Shown: one piece after another, positions 37,401 through 46,638 of the stretch
How the letters are laid out: the number at the start of each line of letters is the position of its first letter
Position numbering within the stretch: position 1 is the first letter of the stretch
Virus record (IMG/VR): IMGVR_UViG_3300042691_050360
Location: 32,001-96,000 of that record
Origin: a virus
DNA: 64,000 nucleotides
Strand: one strand, 5' to 3'
Made by a program: the position numbers and the translations under genes
The notes under the pieces: model-generated
Seen by the model: the letters and a program-made list of their open reading frames with translations, nothing else
Told to the model about the DNA's origin: nothing
Database searches by the model: none

Positions 37401-38255
37401 ATGGCATTTACCAAGAATAGTGTTGAAGAAACAAGAAATCAAATCGTCGCCATGGCTCTTGAGACAAACGAAGGCAAAACTGCACTCGCTCAGGCAATGG
37501 TCGAACCAATCAAGAACAGCTTGATGTATCAAGCAATCGGTCGAAAGCTTCTGCTCGTCGATGAACTCCCGCAGGGTGTTCTTCCACGATATGAAAGAGA
37601 TGTTACCGCTAAGTCTTTTGTCGTTGGCAAAAGAGGTGCAGTTCCTACCTCCGAAATCGAAGCCGAAGAGCTGTTGGTTCCTACATTCGAAATTGCTGCT
37701 AACCCAGTAATTCGATACTCGGAAGTTAAGGCTCGACGATTCTACATCGTTGACCGAGCTCAGATTCGTGCAAAGGACTCCCTGCAACGACAAGAAGACA
37801 CCGAAGTGTTCAAGGTCATCAACGCAGGTACTCCGCAGGATCAGACCATCAACGTCAACGGTACAGTTCAAATTGAGCAGATTAACCTCGCTCTAACGCT
37901 CATCGAAGAGCACGAACTGATCGGTGCAAAGATCGTCGTTCCTCCGGCACGATACAAGGACTTCAGAGGCTGGGGCCCGGACGTTTACGACCAGGCAACA
38001 CAAAGAGACATCCTGCAGACTGGTCTGTACGGTCACCTCTACACCGCTGACATCCACCTCTCGACAATGGTTCCAAAGAACTGCGTGTTCATCATGGCTC
38101 CTGCCCAATTCGTTGGTGCAATGCCAATCCGACAGGACATCACCGTTCTGCCTGCAGACGATACACGAAGACTCAGATTGGGTTGGGTTGTTTACGAAGA
38201 GCTGGGCTTTGCCGTGATCAATGACTACGCTTTGAGTAAGATTTTAGTAAGCTAG
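37401..38255 (+). CDS. Major capsid protein, compact HK97 fold (encapsulin/Linocin-M18-like)
   Basis: SD AAGGAGG, strong codon bias; LAQAMVEPI, GRKLLLVDELPQG, PTFEIAANP, EDTEVF, GWVVYEELGFAVIN; follows portal-protease-scaffold; terminator downstream. Confidence 0.88.
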   Translation: MAFTKNSVEETRNQIVAMALETNEGKTALAQAMVEPIKNSLMYQAIGRKLLLVDELPQGVLPRYERDVTAKSFVVGKRGAVPTSEIEAEELLVPTFEIAANPVIRYSEVKARRFYIVDRAQIRAKDSLQRQEDTEVFKVINAGTPQDQTINVNGTVQIEQINLALTLIEEHELIGAKIVVPPARYKDFRGWGPDVYDQATQRDILQTGLYGHLYTADIHLSTMVPKNCVFIMAPAQFVGAMPIRQDITVLPADDTRRLRLGWVVYEELGFAVINDYALSKILVS

Positions 38256-38281
38256 AAGCTTTAAAGTTATACTTATCAAGC

Positions 38282-38310
38282 AAAACCCTGGAGAAATCCA
38301 GGGTTTTTTA
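38282..38310 (+). terminator. Rho-independent terminator after the MCP
   Basis: AAAACCCTGGA gaaa TCCAGGGTTTT followed by a T-tract. Confidence 0.9.
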
Positions 38311-38363
38311 TTTTATTTTTATAATAAATGTATAAAAGTATTTTAAAAAACGTATAATAAAAT

Positions 38364-39668
38364 ATGCAACAAATTACTTTAACACAATCTCAAATCGAAA
38401 CAATTACATCAAACAACTACACAAAATCTCAAATCAAAGAATATCTAGGTATTTCTTTGCCAACGGTTGATGTCGTTTGTAGTAAATATGGAATAAATCC
38501 AAGTAGAGACCAAAGAAAATACAAGCCAAATGATAATTATTTCAAAACATGGTCAATCGAGATGGCTTATTTTCTCGGCCTTATTGCGGCGGATGGTCAT
38601 GTAAGTCACAAGAAAAATTTATTGATGATTAATCTCAAACAAACAGACCACCAGATAATAGAAAATCTTAAAAATGCCCTGGAGTATGACGGCCCTATTT
38701 ACACCATTAATAAGAAGGACGGACAGCCACAATCTTGCTTGACAGTAAGCTCAAAAGAAATTGCTAAAGATTTAAATGATTTAGGATTATCAGGAAACAA
38801 AACTTATGATTTTGATTGGGTAGTGGGAATGCCCGAGGAATATGTATCTCACTTTATTCGCGGCATTTTTGATGGAGATGGATGCATTCATTTAAACACG
38901 GAAAAGCATAATTATTCTGTTAATATTGTCGGTACATACAAACTCACTGAAAATATTAAAGTTTTTTATGATAAATTATGTAATACAAAATCTGGACATC
39001 TTCAGCCCAATAAAAATGTGCAAGTTTTGTATTACAACGGCAGATATAATGCTTTGGCTTTTCTGAATTGGATCTACACAGACTCCACACAATCTACGAG
39101 GCTCAGCAGAAAGTACGAGTTATATCTTCAGCTCAAAGACACAATCTGTGCGGAAGAACAAGTTCCAAATAACTCTCACATTAATCAGGAAATTGCAAAT
39201 GAGATTAGAAGTGATAAGCACAGAGAATCTACTTCAAAAGAAATTGCTAATAAATTGGAAATTAGCGAGCATATTGTTAATGACGTGAAATTGAATAGGA
39301 CATGGATTGATGAATCTTACGCTCCCACTCCCCCTTCAAACACAATCTTGATCACGCATGACAATCAGATTAAGACGATACAGGAATGGTCCGACGAGCT
39401 TGGGATTCCATATTCAACTATTGACAGAAGATATAGGATGGGTTTGCCTTCCGACCAAATCTTAGATAATTCTGGGAAGCGATTAAGCCTAGGCAAGACA
39501 CAATCTGAAAAGGAGAAGCAGGCATATGAATTAGCTTTTAATCTCCGCACAGATTATAAAAACGGTTTAAAGGGCAAAGCTTTGTACGAGGAAAAATACG
39601 GAATTAAAAAATCGCGGTATATTGACATTATTGGAAATCGCACTTGCAAAGAGGGTGAAATTTGGTAA
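38364..39668 (+). mobile_element. Free-standing LAGLIDADG homing endonuclease with extra HTH-type domains
   Basis: YFLGLIAADG and FIRGIFDGDG motifs; C-terminal TIQEWSDELGIPYSTIDRR; AT-rich; own GTATAAT promoter. Confidence 0.88.
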
Positions 39669-39698
39669 CAGAACTAAAAAAGGCTGTAAAATGAAATT

Positions 39699-39947
39699 AT
39701 GAATGAATATGAAAAGTTTTTTCAGAGAGAGCACGAGCGAAAATCTAACATCGACACAATCGCAAATGCATTGAAATCCAATTTTGAAACTAAAAATGCT
39801 GAGACCATTTCGCCAGATGGAAGTAAGCAAATGGTAACTAAGTCGTTTAATTCATCTGGTAAAGAAGTGTATACATCCAGCAAAGATGGAAAAAATGTAA
39901 TGACTTTTTCCACTAAAAAGCAATTGCTAGATTATTTAGGGGGATAA
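39699..39947 (+). CDS. Hypothetical small protein
   Basis: 82 aa; GTAAAAT-N6-ATG upstream, terminator downstream. Confidence 0.6.
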   Translation: MNEYEKFFQREHERKSNIDTIANALKSNFETKNAETISPDGSKQMVTKSFNSSGKEVYTSSKDGKNVMTFSTKKQLLDYLGG

Positions 39948-39951
39948 GATT

Positions 39952-39975
39952 AGCCCCCTTTTGGGGGGCTTTTTT
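39952..39975. terminator. Terminator between convergent genes
   Basis: AGCCCCC tttt GGGGGGCT then TTTTT. Confidence 0.85.
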
Positions 39976-39977
39976 AA

Positions 39978-40955
39978 TTACTGCCCCAATCCCCAAAGAG
40001 GATATTGAACGAAGAGATTTGGATTAGCCCCTAGACCAACCGTTCCGCCTGTAAATCCGCGAAGAGCACCATTGGTTAGATTCATTCCAAATGCCGGGGT
40101 GGCACTTACACCATACTCCACTGCAGTTGGTGTGAAGGCGAGAAACTTACCCAATTGGTAATATTTTGCCGAGCCGTCTGCGTGTCCAACAATAACTCCG
40201 CCGAATGCAGCTCTTACTTCATCCGCTGGTACAGTTTGAAGTGCAGAGTAATTGGCTGTTTGCTTGCCGAGCTCCCATGCCCAGAACTCTCTTACAGCAG
40301 GAGGGAAAACGGTGACTGAATTTGATGAAGCATCTGTGCCGTATGCAATTGGCACAACACCGATCTGGAGGTTGCCAGATTCCATGAGAATACCTGCCGC
40401 AGAAGTATTTGGTAGAGCTGTCATACTTCCACCAAGCCAGCTATTCCGGAACATGGTTGATGATCCTGGTGCTCGATTCCAGGTGTTAAGCTGACCAGTG
40501 AGAGAGGTGTTGAGGAGATAGCTTCCGGTTACCTGTCCGCATTGTGCCCAGCTTCCAGCAGGACAGCTAGGGGTAGATGCATTGGTATTTCCGCGAGATG
40601 TGTTGAAGTAGAGTTGGACATTCTTAACATAAGGCTGTGTCCACTTCTGCCAAGAGAAGTGATTAACTCTGTGTGCAAATCCTGCTGATACTCCGCAGTT
40701 TACTGTACCAACTACGTTGTTGAGGGCACCGTTAAGACTAGAGTTTGCGATGCAATCATCATTGCGTGGATACATATCGTCATTATCGGCACCATACATG
40801 ATGACGCCAAGAGAGATCTGTTTTTGATTACTGATGCCGGTGGCTTTCTTTGCTGCTGCCTTGGCTTGAGCGAAGACGGGGAAGAGGATTGCCGCGAGGA
40901 TTGCGATAATCGCAATCACGACAAGAAGTTCGATTAATGTAAAAGCTTTTTTCAT
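39978..40955 (-). CDS. Type IV prepilin-like protein (N-methylation motif, DUF1559-like body, HADG motif)
   Basis: MKKA/FTLIELLVVIAIIAILAAILFPVFAQAK, SNQKQISLGVIMYGADNDDMYP, PYVKN, GHADGSAK; visibly higher GC than flanks. Confidence 0.93.
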   Translation of the reverse strand: MKKAFTLIELLVVIAIIAILAAILFPVFAQAKAAAKKATGISNQKQISLGVIMYGADNDDMYPRNDDCIANSSLNGALNNVVGTVNCGVSAGFAHRVNHFSWQKWTQPYVKNVQLYFNTSRGNTNASTPSCPAGSWAQCGQVTGSYLLNTSLTGQLNTWNRAPGSSTMFRNSWLGGSMTALPNTSAAGILMESGNLQIGVVPIAYGTDASSNSVTVFPPAVREFWAWELGKQTANYSALQTVPADEVRAAFGGVIVGHADGSAKYYQLGKFLAFTPTAVEYGVSATPAFGMNLTNGALRGFTGGTVGLGANPNLFVQYPLWGLGQ

Positions 40956-41034
40956 AATTTTGTTGTCATTTGATATAAATTTAATTCAACCTAAGACATG
41001 TATATTGTACAAAATTATCCTGTAAAATTTAAAT

Positions 41035-41259
41035 ATGGAAGTTTCTTTTAGAAACTTAAAAAAGAATGTTCCCGCTATAATTTCAGAATGCAGGTGTAGC
41101 CAGAGATTTCTTGAGCTAGGTTTTTTACCTGGGGCGGAGATTAAAATTATAGGTGAATGTTTGCTGGGCGGGACAGTAATAGTTGAAACAAAATATGGCA
41201 CCTTTTGTGCTCGAAGGGATGAACTAGATATTGATTTGAATGTAATTGAAGAAGGGTGA
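41035..41259 (+). CDS. feoA: FeoA-domain protein
   Basis: QRFLELGFLPGAEIKII..LGGTVIV..FCARRDE matches the FeoA pattern RLxxLGxxPG..ALRxxE. Confidence 0.8.
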   Translation: MEVSFRNLKKNVPAIISECRCSQRFLELGFLPGAEIKIIGECLLGGTVIVETKYGTFCARRDELDIDLNVIEEG

Positions 41260-41285
41260 AAGTTTTTTTTATATAAAAATATAAT

Positions 41286-42614
41286 ATGAGCTTTTCTGAT
41301 ATTCTAAATAGATTCGCCGAGAAAAAAGCACTCCAGGGTGATTCTGATTTCGCCTTTAGACTAATTTCCGCTTCTGAAAAAGAAGAAGAGAAAGAAGAGA
41401 AAGAGGCTGAAATGATTAAGCGGGGCAAGGATCGCAAAAAGGTGGCCAGTAAGGAAGTTTGGATTGAGGCTTATGAGGAGCTACTTATGCGGTTGATTCC
41501 AAAATTTATGGAGCGTGGGCTGGGAGAAGACGAGGCTGAGTTTGCTGCTGAACAATATCTTGAAAAGCATTCTCATTTAGTTGACGCAAGGGCCGGGGAT
41601 TTAGAGGGGATGGCTATTGACCGTGCCATGATGATGCATGGTGACACTTATGCCTCTACTTTATCTAATATGATTAAGAAATATGCAGGTAAGGATCGCA
41701 AAAAGGTGGCCTTCAGCGACGAATCTTGGCTGGATTCCTGGCTTGAGGCTCGTGAAAATCTTTACATGGTTCTGATTCCGAAATTTATGGAGTCAGGTCT
41801 GGGAAAAGATGAGGCCGGGATTGCCGCCGAACAATATCTTGAAGAGCATCCTAATTTAGTTAATGAAAAAGCTGCAATTTTAGAGGAGCGGGATAGTGAC
41901 CGTGCTGTGATGATGGGTGGGGACGCTTACGCCTCTACTTTATCTAATATGATTAAGAAATATGCAGGCGAATCTGAAAAAGGGAGCTACGAAGACGCGA
42001 TCAAGAATCTTCCTGGTTTCACTGGTATGTTTGGCAATGGATTTTGCTTTATGAATAAAGCTCAAGCTCAAAAAGCTTTGGCTATTGGAGAGCAAGCTGC
42101 TAATTTCTTAGATTGGGCAGTTGAGAAACATGATGATGGGTTCATGGCTATTTCTAGAGGTAGAGACAAAAAATCTTCCACGCTTGATTCAATGATTAAG
42201 AAATATGCTGGCGAAGACAAGGAAGATAAAAAAAAAACATCCCAAGAGCTTGAAATAGAAAGATACAATAGAGAGAGGGACAAATGGGACAGGATGAAGA
42301 AAAGATGGGATAAGTTTAAATCAGAAAATCCCCTTCACAAAAAATCTTCCACTCTTGTTTCAATGATTAAGAAATACGCTAAGGAAGATTGGGAAATTAC
42401 TGGTGAAGAATTTTATGGCGGTGAAACTCCTGATTTGGATTTCGAGGACGATAATCAATTCTATGACGCTATGGGTCGTGGATTTGAAGATGCAAAATAC
42501 ACTCCAGAATCGCAGTCAAATCCTTATAGCGGTAATGAAGAATTATCCGCCGCATACGAAGCTGGTGTAAGACACGCCCTTGAAATGCTCCAACAGAGAG
42601 GAACTAAACTTTAA
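41286..42614 (+). CDS. Modular repeat protein, probable processed internal-head polyprotein
   Basis: Four STLxxMIKKYA motifs and two GKDRKKVA-initiated ~90-aa duplicated modules; late-type promoter AGGG-N17-TAAAA upstream. Confidence 0.7.
   Translation: MSFSDILNRFAEKKALQGDSDFAFRLISASEKEEEKEEKEAEMIKRGKDRKKVASKEVWIEAYEELLMRLIPKFMERGLGEDEAEFAAEQYLEKHSHLVDARAGDLEGMAIDRAMMMHGDTYASTLSNMIKKYAGKDRKKVAFSDESWLDSWLEARENLYMVLIPKFMESGLGKDEAGIAAEQYLEEHPNLVNEKAAILEERDSDRAVMMGGDAYASTLSNMIKKYAGESEKGSYEDAIKNLPGFTGMFGNGFCFMNKAQAQKALAIGEQAANFLDWAVEKHDDGFMAISRGRDKKSSTLDSMIKKYAGEDKEDKKKTSQELEIERYNRERDKWDRMKKRWDKFKSENPLHKKSSTLVSMIKKYAKEDWEITGEEFYGGETPDLDFEDDNQFYDAMGRGFEDAKYTPESQSNPYSGNEELSAAYEAGVRHALEMLQQRGTKL
41426..41969 (+). 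repeat. Imperfect tandem duplication (~270-bp unit) within ORF 41286
   Basis: AAGGATCGCAAAAAGGTGGCC at 41426/41691 and GCCTCTACTTTATCTAATATGATTAAGAAATATGCAGG at ~41652/41931. Confidence 0.9.
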
Positions 42615-42616
42615 TC

Positions 42617-43573
42617 ATGAATAAACTAGCACACAATCTGGCTTCTTTAGGGAAAGAGCTTTATTTAAATGGCTTTGAAAAAGAAGCAAAAACTATGCTT
42701 TTTACATCTTTGAGAATTGCACATATGGATCATCCTCTTCTTGAAGTAATTGAAGAAATGGGTTTTGAGCATGCAGATGATGAAAATGTGGGAGGGGGAC
42801 TGGAGATTTTCATTAATGTTCACCCTGATGGCAAAACGGAATATGAGCTGATGAAAGATGGGGATTCTCATGAGTTTGATTCTTTCGAGGAATTAGTGTC
42901 TCATCTTGCTGAAGATGATGAATCAGATTGTGGCTGTGGGTGTGGTGGAGCTTGTAAGGAGGCATCCTCTAGCATCTTTAGAAAAGCGGATTCATTAATG
43001 GATTCGCTAAAGAAAGATAAACTATCTGACCAATACATGGATTATGTTCGTGATTTTGGATACATACCTTATGAAGATTGGCTTGCGGAAAAAGATTATG
43101 CCAATATGGATCTGAGTGAAAAAAATCAAGAAGAGTGTGAGCATGAATCTACTTATGAAGATTGGAGCACTGCGGGCAGGAGTTTTGGGCCGATGATCGT
43201 TTGCTCAGACTGTGGAAAGGTGCTCAGAGCAAAAGACATAGATGACTATGAACGAGAAGAGAGTGAAAGAGAATTTTATCGAACAAGTGCAACAAAGAAA
43301 AAGAACAAACCTCTAAATAAGCCATTTCGAACTCCAGGTGGGCCAAAGAAGTTTTCAGTTTATGTCAAGAATGAAAGCGGTAATGTTGTAAAGGTTAACT
43401 TCGGTGACCCCAATATGTCTATCCGAAGGGATGAACCAGGTCGAAGAAAGAATTTTAGAGCTAGACATAATTGTGATAATCCGGGGCCGAAGACTAAAGC
43501 TCGCTACTGGTCATGTAAAATGTGGCAAAAAGGAAAATCTGTTTCTGAGATGACAAGGAGAAAGAAAAAGTAA
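42617..43573 (+). CDS. Mosaic probable head protein with basic C-terminal domain
   Basis: Leader LNGFEKEAK..LRIAH, internal KEASSSIFRKAD, C-terminal KPFRTPGGPKKFSVYVKN..RRKNFRARHNC..KARYWSCKMW domain recalled from large phages. Confidence 0.65.
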   Translation: MNKLAHNLASLGKELYLNGFEKEAKTMLFTSLRIAHMDHPLLEVIEEMGFEHADDENVGGGLEIFINVHPDGKTEYELMKDGDSHEFDSFEELVSHLAEDDESDCGCGCGGACKEASSSIFRKADSLMDSLKKDKLSDQYMDYVRDFGYIPYEDWLAEKDYANMDLSEKNQEECEHESTYEDWSTAGRSFGPMIVCSDCGKVLRAKDIDDYEREESEREFYRTSATKKKNKPLNKPFRTPGGPKKFSVYVKNESGNVVKVNFGDPNMSIRRDEPGRRKNFRARHNCDNPGPKTKARYWSCKMWQKGKSVSEMTRRKKK

Positions 43574-43574
43574 A

Positions 43575-43919
43575 ATGGGTATCTTTAAATCACCTAAATC
43601 GCGGTTTGTTTTTAGTCAGAACGCTGACGTAATTCAGGAAGAAGATGATTTTCTTGATAGGTACAAATTGATTAAGGTTGAAGAGGATTTTCTTAATAAA
43701 TACAAATTCGAAAAAGAGAGATTTTACAGACTTTTAGAAGAAGACTTAATAGCCCCTTACGAAAAAGATATTACTGAAAAAATTTTTCATGAGCTAGAAA
43801 ACCCAGGTTCGTTTCCAGAAATTGTACCCAGGATAGGCGACCCAAAAAAGAAAATGCTGGAAAAAATACATTTTACGAATCTTGTAGCCCTAAGCAAAAG
43901 ACAACATATTAAAGATTAA
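43575..43919 (+). CDS. Hypothetical protein
   Basis: 114 aa; internal repeat EDDFLDRYK/EEDFLNKYK. Confidence 0.55.
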   Translation: MGIFKSPKSRFVFSQNADVIQEEDDFLDRYKLIKVEEDFLNKYKFEKERFYRLLEEDLIAPYEKDITEKIFHELENPGSFPEIVPRIGDPKKKMLEKIHFTNLVALSKRQHIKD

Positions 43920-43974
43920 AAACAAGGATAAAATCGTAAACAGCAATTTTAATTGCCATGCCCCCAGGAAACAT

Positions 43975-45105
43975 ATGATTAAATTAAATGCAAACATCGG
44001 CGGTTTACGCCCCAATTTTACTGATAAAGAATACGCTGAATTTATCTCGAAGCTGGAAAACCTAGTACCCGGAAGCTCTGTTCGATTTGGCTCGATCTTT
44101 CACGAGATTTTCTGGAACCCAGAAGATCTGGGTAATTTTAAAGGGCTTGACAAGGTTCTAGAAATCTGCAGAGATAGACAGCTTCAACCTTTGATTTTAG
44201 TGATGCCTACGCCTCATCCAACATCTGGCTGGTACAAAACTGCTAAAAACAGAGACGGCTGGTGGTTGCCTAATGAAGAGTTGATTCCTAAACTAGCTGA
44301 GAAGACTGATGTTTTGGTTAAGCGAGTTCTCGCTAAGTGTAAAGAATTTAAGCTTGAGCCAACTTGGCAGCTGTGGAATGAGCCAGCGGGCAAAGCTTTT
44401 AGCACAGTTACAGGTCACAATCTTGGTAATAAACCAGGGGGGAGTTCTACATCGAAATATGGTGAATGGACGTTAACCCTGCATAAGCTTCTTTGGGAAA
44501 CAAGCCAAGTGTTAAGAAATAATAAGATACCCACCAGTAAAATAATGTCACCGGCTTTCTCTTGTATAGGGGATGGTAACATCCAAGAAGTAAGTGAGGT
44601 TCTCACCTGGATACCACCTAGCGAATATAATTGGCAAAAGAATTGTGGCGTGATAGCCTGCCATCTTTTTTTCAGAGCAGGTTGGGCACAGGATCCAAAA
44701 ACAAGAACAACGGAAGTAACAAATGGGTTTAACGCATCAATGAATTACTTTAAATATTTTGTTGCTAATTTAAGACTTCCTAAGTCTAAGAAAATTGTTA
44801 TTACAGAGTTTTATGTGACACCAGGGATGTGCGGCGTGTTAACTACAGCTAACCCTGAACAGCTTGATCCTTTTAGAACAATTGCATTCGATTTGCTGGC
44901 TAAAGAAAAAATCACCAGTTTTGTTTATGGAATTGGCGACGAAAATGATTCTCCTGGCACTTATTGGCTTGCATACGGCGGATGGAGTCAATGGTTGAAG
45001 AAGAAGAATGCGGCTATTTCGGGCGGATTTAATTCATCTCCTGCTACTGGTGGATTTAATTCATCTCCCGCCACTGGTGGTATCAGCACTTCGCCTGTTA
45101 AGTGA
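43975..45105 (+). CDS. Clan GH-A glycoside hydrolase-like TIM-barrel protein
   Basis: WQLWNEP acid/base and IVITEF nucleophile motifs, IACHLF. Confidence 0.75.
   Translation: MIKLNANIGGLRPNFTDKEYAEFISKLENLVPGSSVRFGSIFHEIFWNPEDLGNFKGLDKVLEICRDRQLQPLILVMPTPHPTSGWYKTAKNRDGWWLPNEELIPKLAEKTDVLVKRVLAKCKEFKLEPTWQLWNEPAGKAFSTVTGHNLGNKPGGSSTSKYGEWTLTLHKLLWETSQVLRNNKIPTSKIMSPAFSCIGDGNIQEVSEVLTWIPPSEYNWQKNCGVIACHLFFRAGWAQDPKTRTTEVTNGFNASMNYFKYFVANLRLPKSKKIVITEFYVTPGMCGVLTTANPEQLDPFRTIAFDLLAKEKITSFVYGIGDENDSPGTYWLAYGGWSQWLKKKNAAISGGFNSSPATGGFNSSPATGGISTSPVK
45022..45096 (+). repeat. 27-bp tandem repeat encoding GGFNSSPAT twice plus a degenerate third copy
   Basis: ggcggatttaattcatctcctgctact / ggtggatttaattcatctcccgccact / ggtggtatcagcacttcgcct. 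Confidence 0.85.
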
Positions 45106-45139
45106 ACTTTCCAATCATGAATTAATGTACAATTAATTC

Positions 45140-46006
45140 ATGATTGGAAAAGGAATTATACTTGCTGGCGGAACTGGTTCTAGATTATATCCAGCCACAC
45201 AATCTGTCAGCAAGCAACTTCTCCCCGTATACGACAAGCCGATGGTTTATTATCCTTTGTCTATTTTGATGAGGGCGGGAATTCGTGATGTTTTAATAAT
45301 CACCACACCGCATGAGCAGAGCTTGTTTCGCAATCTTCTAAAGGATGGTTCTCAATGGGGAATGAGCATTTCATATGAAGTTCAGGCTTCTCCAAATGGT
45401 TTAGCTCAGGCCTTTCTGATTGGAGAGAGATTTATCAATTCCGAGCCTGTGGCTTTGATTCTAGGCGACAATATCTTCTACGGTGGCAATCTGATGAGCG
45501 AGTGTGAGAAGGCTGTAGAAAGAGATTGTGCTACTGTGTTTGCATATCGTGTGAATGAGCCCGAGCATTATGGAGTGGTTGAGCTCGATAAAAAGAATAT
45601 TCCTTTGAGTATCGTAGAGAAGCCGAGCGATCCTAAATCAAATTATGCTGTTACGGGCTTGTACTTCTACGATTCAGATGTTGTTGAAATTGCTAAGAGC
45701 GTGAAACCATCTGAAAGAGGGGAGCTAGAGATTACATCTGTCAATAATGAATATTTAAATCGAGGGAGGTTGGCTGTAGCAAAATTGTCACGGGGATGCA
45801 CTTGGTTTGATGCGGGTACTTTCGACAATTTGCTTGAAGTAAGTAATTATATTGCATCAATTCAAAACAGGCAAGGATTAATTATTGCAAGCCCAGATGA
45901 AATTGCTTTTAGAAACAATTGGATTACACAATCTGAGCTAGATGATTTGATAAATTCTTATGGTAAAAGCTTATATTCTAAGCAATTAAGATTGAGTTTA
46001 GATTGA
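45140..46006 (+). CDS. rmlA: Glucose-1-phosphate thymidylyltransferase
   Basis: KGIILAGGTGSRLYP, SKQLLPVYDKPMVYYPL, LGDNIFYG, IVEKP, SERGELEIT, WFDAGT. Confidence 0.97.
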   Translation: MIGKGIILAGGTGSRLYPATQSVSKQLLPVYDKPMVYYPLSILMRAGIRDVLIITTPHEQSLFRNLLKDGSQWGMSISYEVQASPNGLAQAFLIGERFINSEPVALILGDNIFYGGNLMSECEKAVERDCATVFAYRVNEPEHYGVVELDKKNIPLSIVEKPSDPKSNYAVTGLYFYDSDVVEIAKSVKPSERGELEITSVNNEYLNRGRLAVAKLSRGCTWFDAGTFDNLLEVSNYIASIQNRQGLIIASPDEIAFRNNWITQSELDDLINSYGKSLYSKQLRLSLD

Positions 46007-46008
46007 GT

Positions 46009-46326
46009 TTAGAGAATTTTATCAGCAAGAGCGGCAGCTTTTGCAAAAGCCGCGAGCATACCCGAGCGATAATCATCTGAGTCTGAGTCGCTTAATTCAA
46101 CACTATTGCTATATTCATTCAATGCTTCGATGAATTTCTGCTTTTGAGTAATTGGTTTAAAGCTTTCACGACCTCGTTTATCAACATTAGTTTCCCACGA
46201 TCTATTTATGTCATCTCTCAATGCTGCATCTTCCATGCCTGGATCGGGGTTGTTATAATCATCAAGCCCCTGGCTGATCACCGAGCGGACGATTGGCGTA
46301 ACAGACGCTTTCTTAAAGATTGACAT
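46009..46326 (-). CDS. Small acidic protein with MSIFKKASV leader (copy A)
   Basis: Shares the first ~24 aa with the adjacent gene; own late promoter. Confidence 0.75.
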   Translation of the reverse strand: MSIFKKASVTPIVRSVISQGLDDYNNPDPGMEDAALRDDINRSWETNVDKRGRESFKPITQKQKFIEALNEYSNSVELSDSDSDDYRSGMLAAFAKAAALADKIL

Positions 46327-46364
46327 AGTATTTATTTCTTTTTAGATTGTGCTGGTTCCTTGTT
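46299..46364. repeat. 66-bp perfect direct repeat, copy 1 (late promoter plus leader start)
   Basis: Identical to 46611-46676; minus strand reads AGGA-N18-GAAAT..ATG TCA ATC TTT AAG AAA GCG TCT GTT. Confidence 0.95.
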
Positions 46365-46638
46365 AAAGCCAATTTAATGCTCTGAGTTGATCTCTGATTT
46401 GTTCGTAGTCAAATCCGTCAAAATAAAACTTGGCGACTAATAGTGCCTGGCGATCATTACCCGATTTGTAAAGATTTTTAAACATCTGTGATACTTTATC
46501 TTCTCCACTATTAAATAAACCATCTCGATCTTCAATATCATCGTTTAATTGATCTTCTTCCGGCGAATAATCCTCCAAACCTTGACTAATAACAGTCTTA
46601 ACGATAGGCATAACAGACGCTTTCTTAAAGATTGACAT
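46363..46638 (-). CDS. Small acidic protein with MSIFKKASV leader (copy B)
   Basis: Same leader as 46009-46326 but an unrelated body. Confidence 0.75.
   Translation of the reverse strand: MSIFKKASVMPIVKTVISQGLEDYSPEEDQLNDDIEDRDGLFNSGEDKVSQMFKNLYKSGNDRQALLVAKFYFDGFDYEQIRDQLRALNWL

Noticed and set aside
37347-37871. 174-aa antisense ORF over the MCP, and the many other 60-140-aa overlapping ORFs in the track
   Set aside because: Shadow ORFs of strongly biased real genes, without RBS, promoter or recognisable motifs
36594-38255. Cellular encapsulin nanocompartment operon
   Set aside because: The encapsulin-like shell gene sits in terminase-portal-protease-scaffold-capsid order with neck and tail genes nearby, so it is a phage MCP
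38364-39668. Group I intron or intein hosting the LAGLIDADG ORF
   Set aside because: The MCP ends normally with a terminator before it, flanks are too short for a ribozyme, and there are no intein splice motifs
41426-42380. CRISPR array or DGR template/variable repeats suggested by recurring ~40-bp sequences
   Set aside because: The repeats are in-frame coding with long unequal spacers; differences are not adenine-specific; no cas or reverse transcriptase gene in the window
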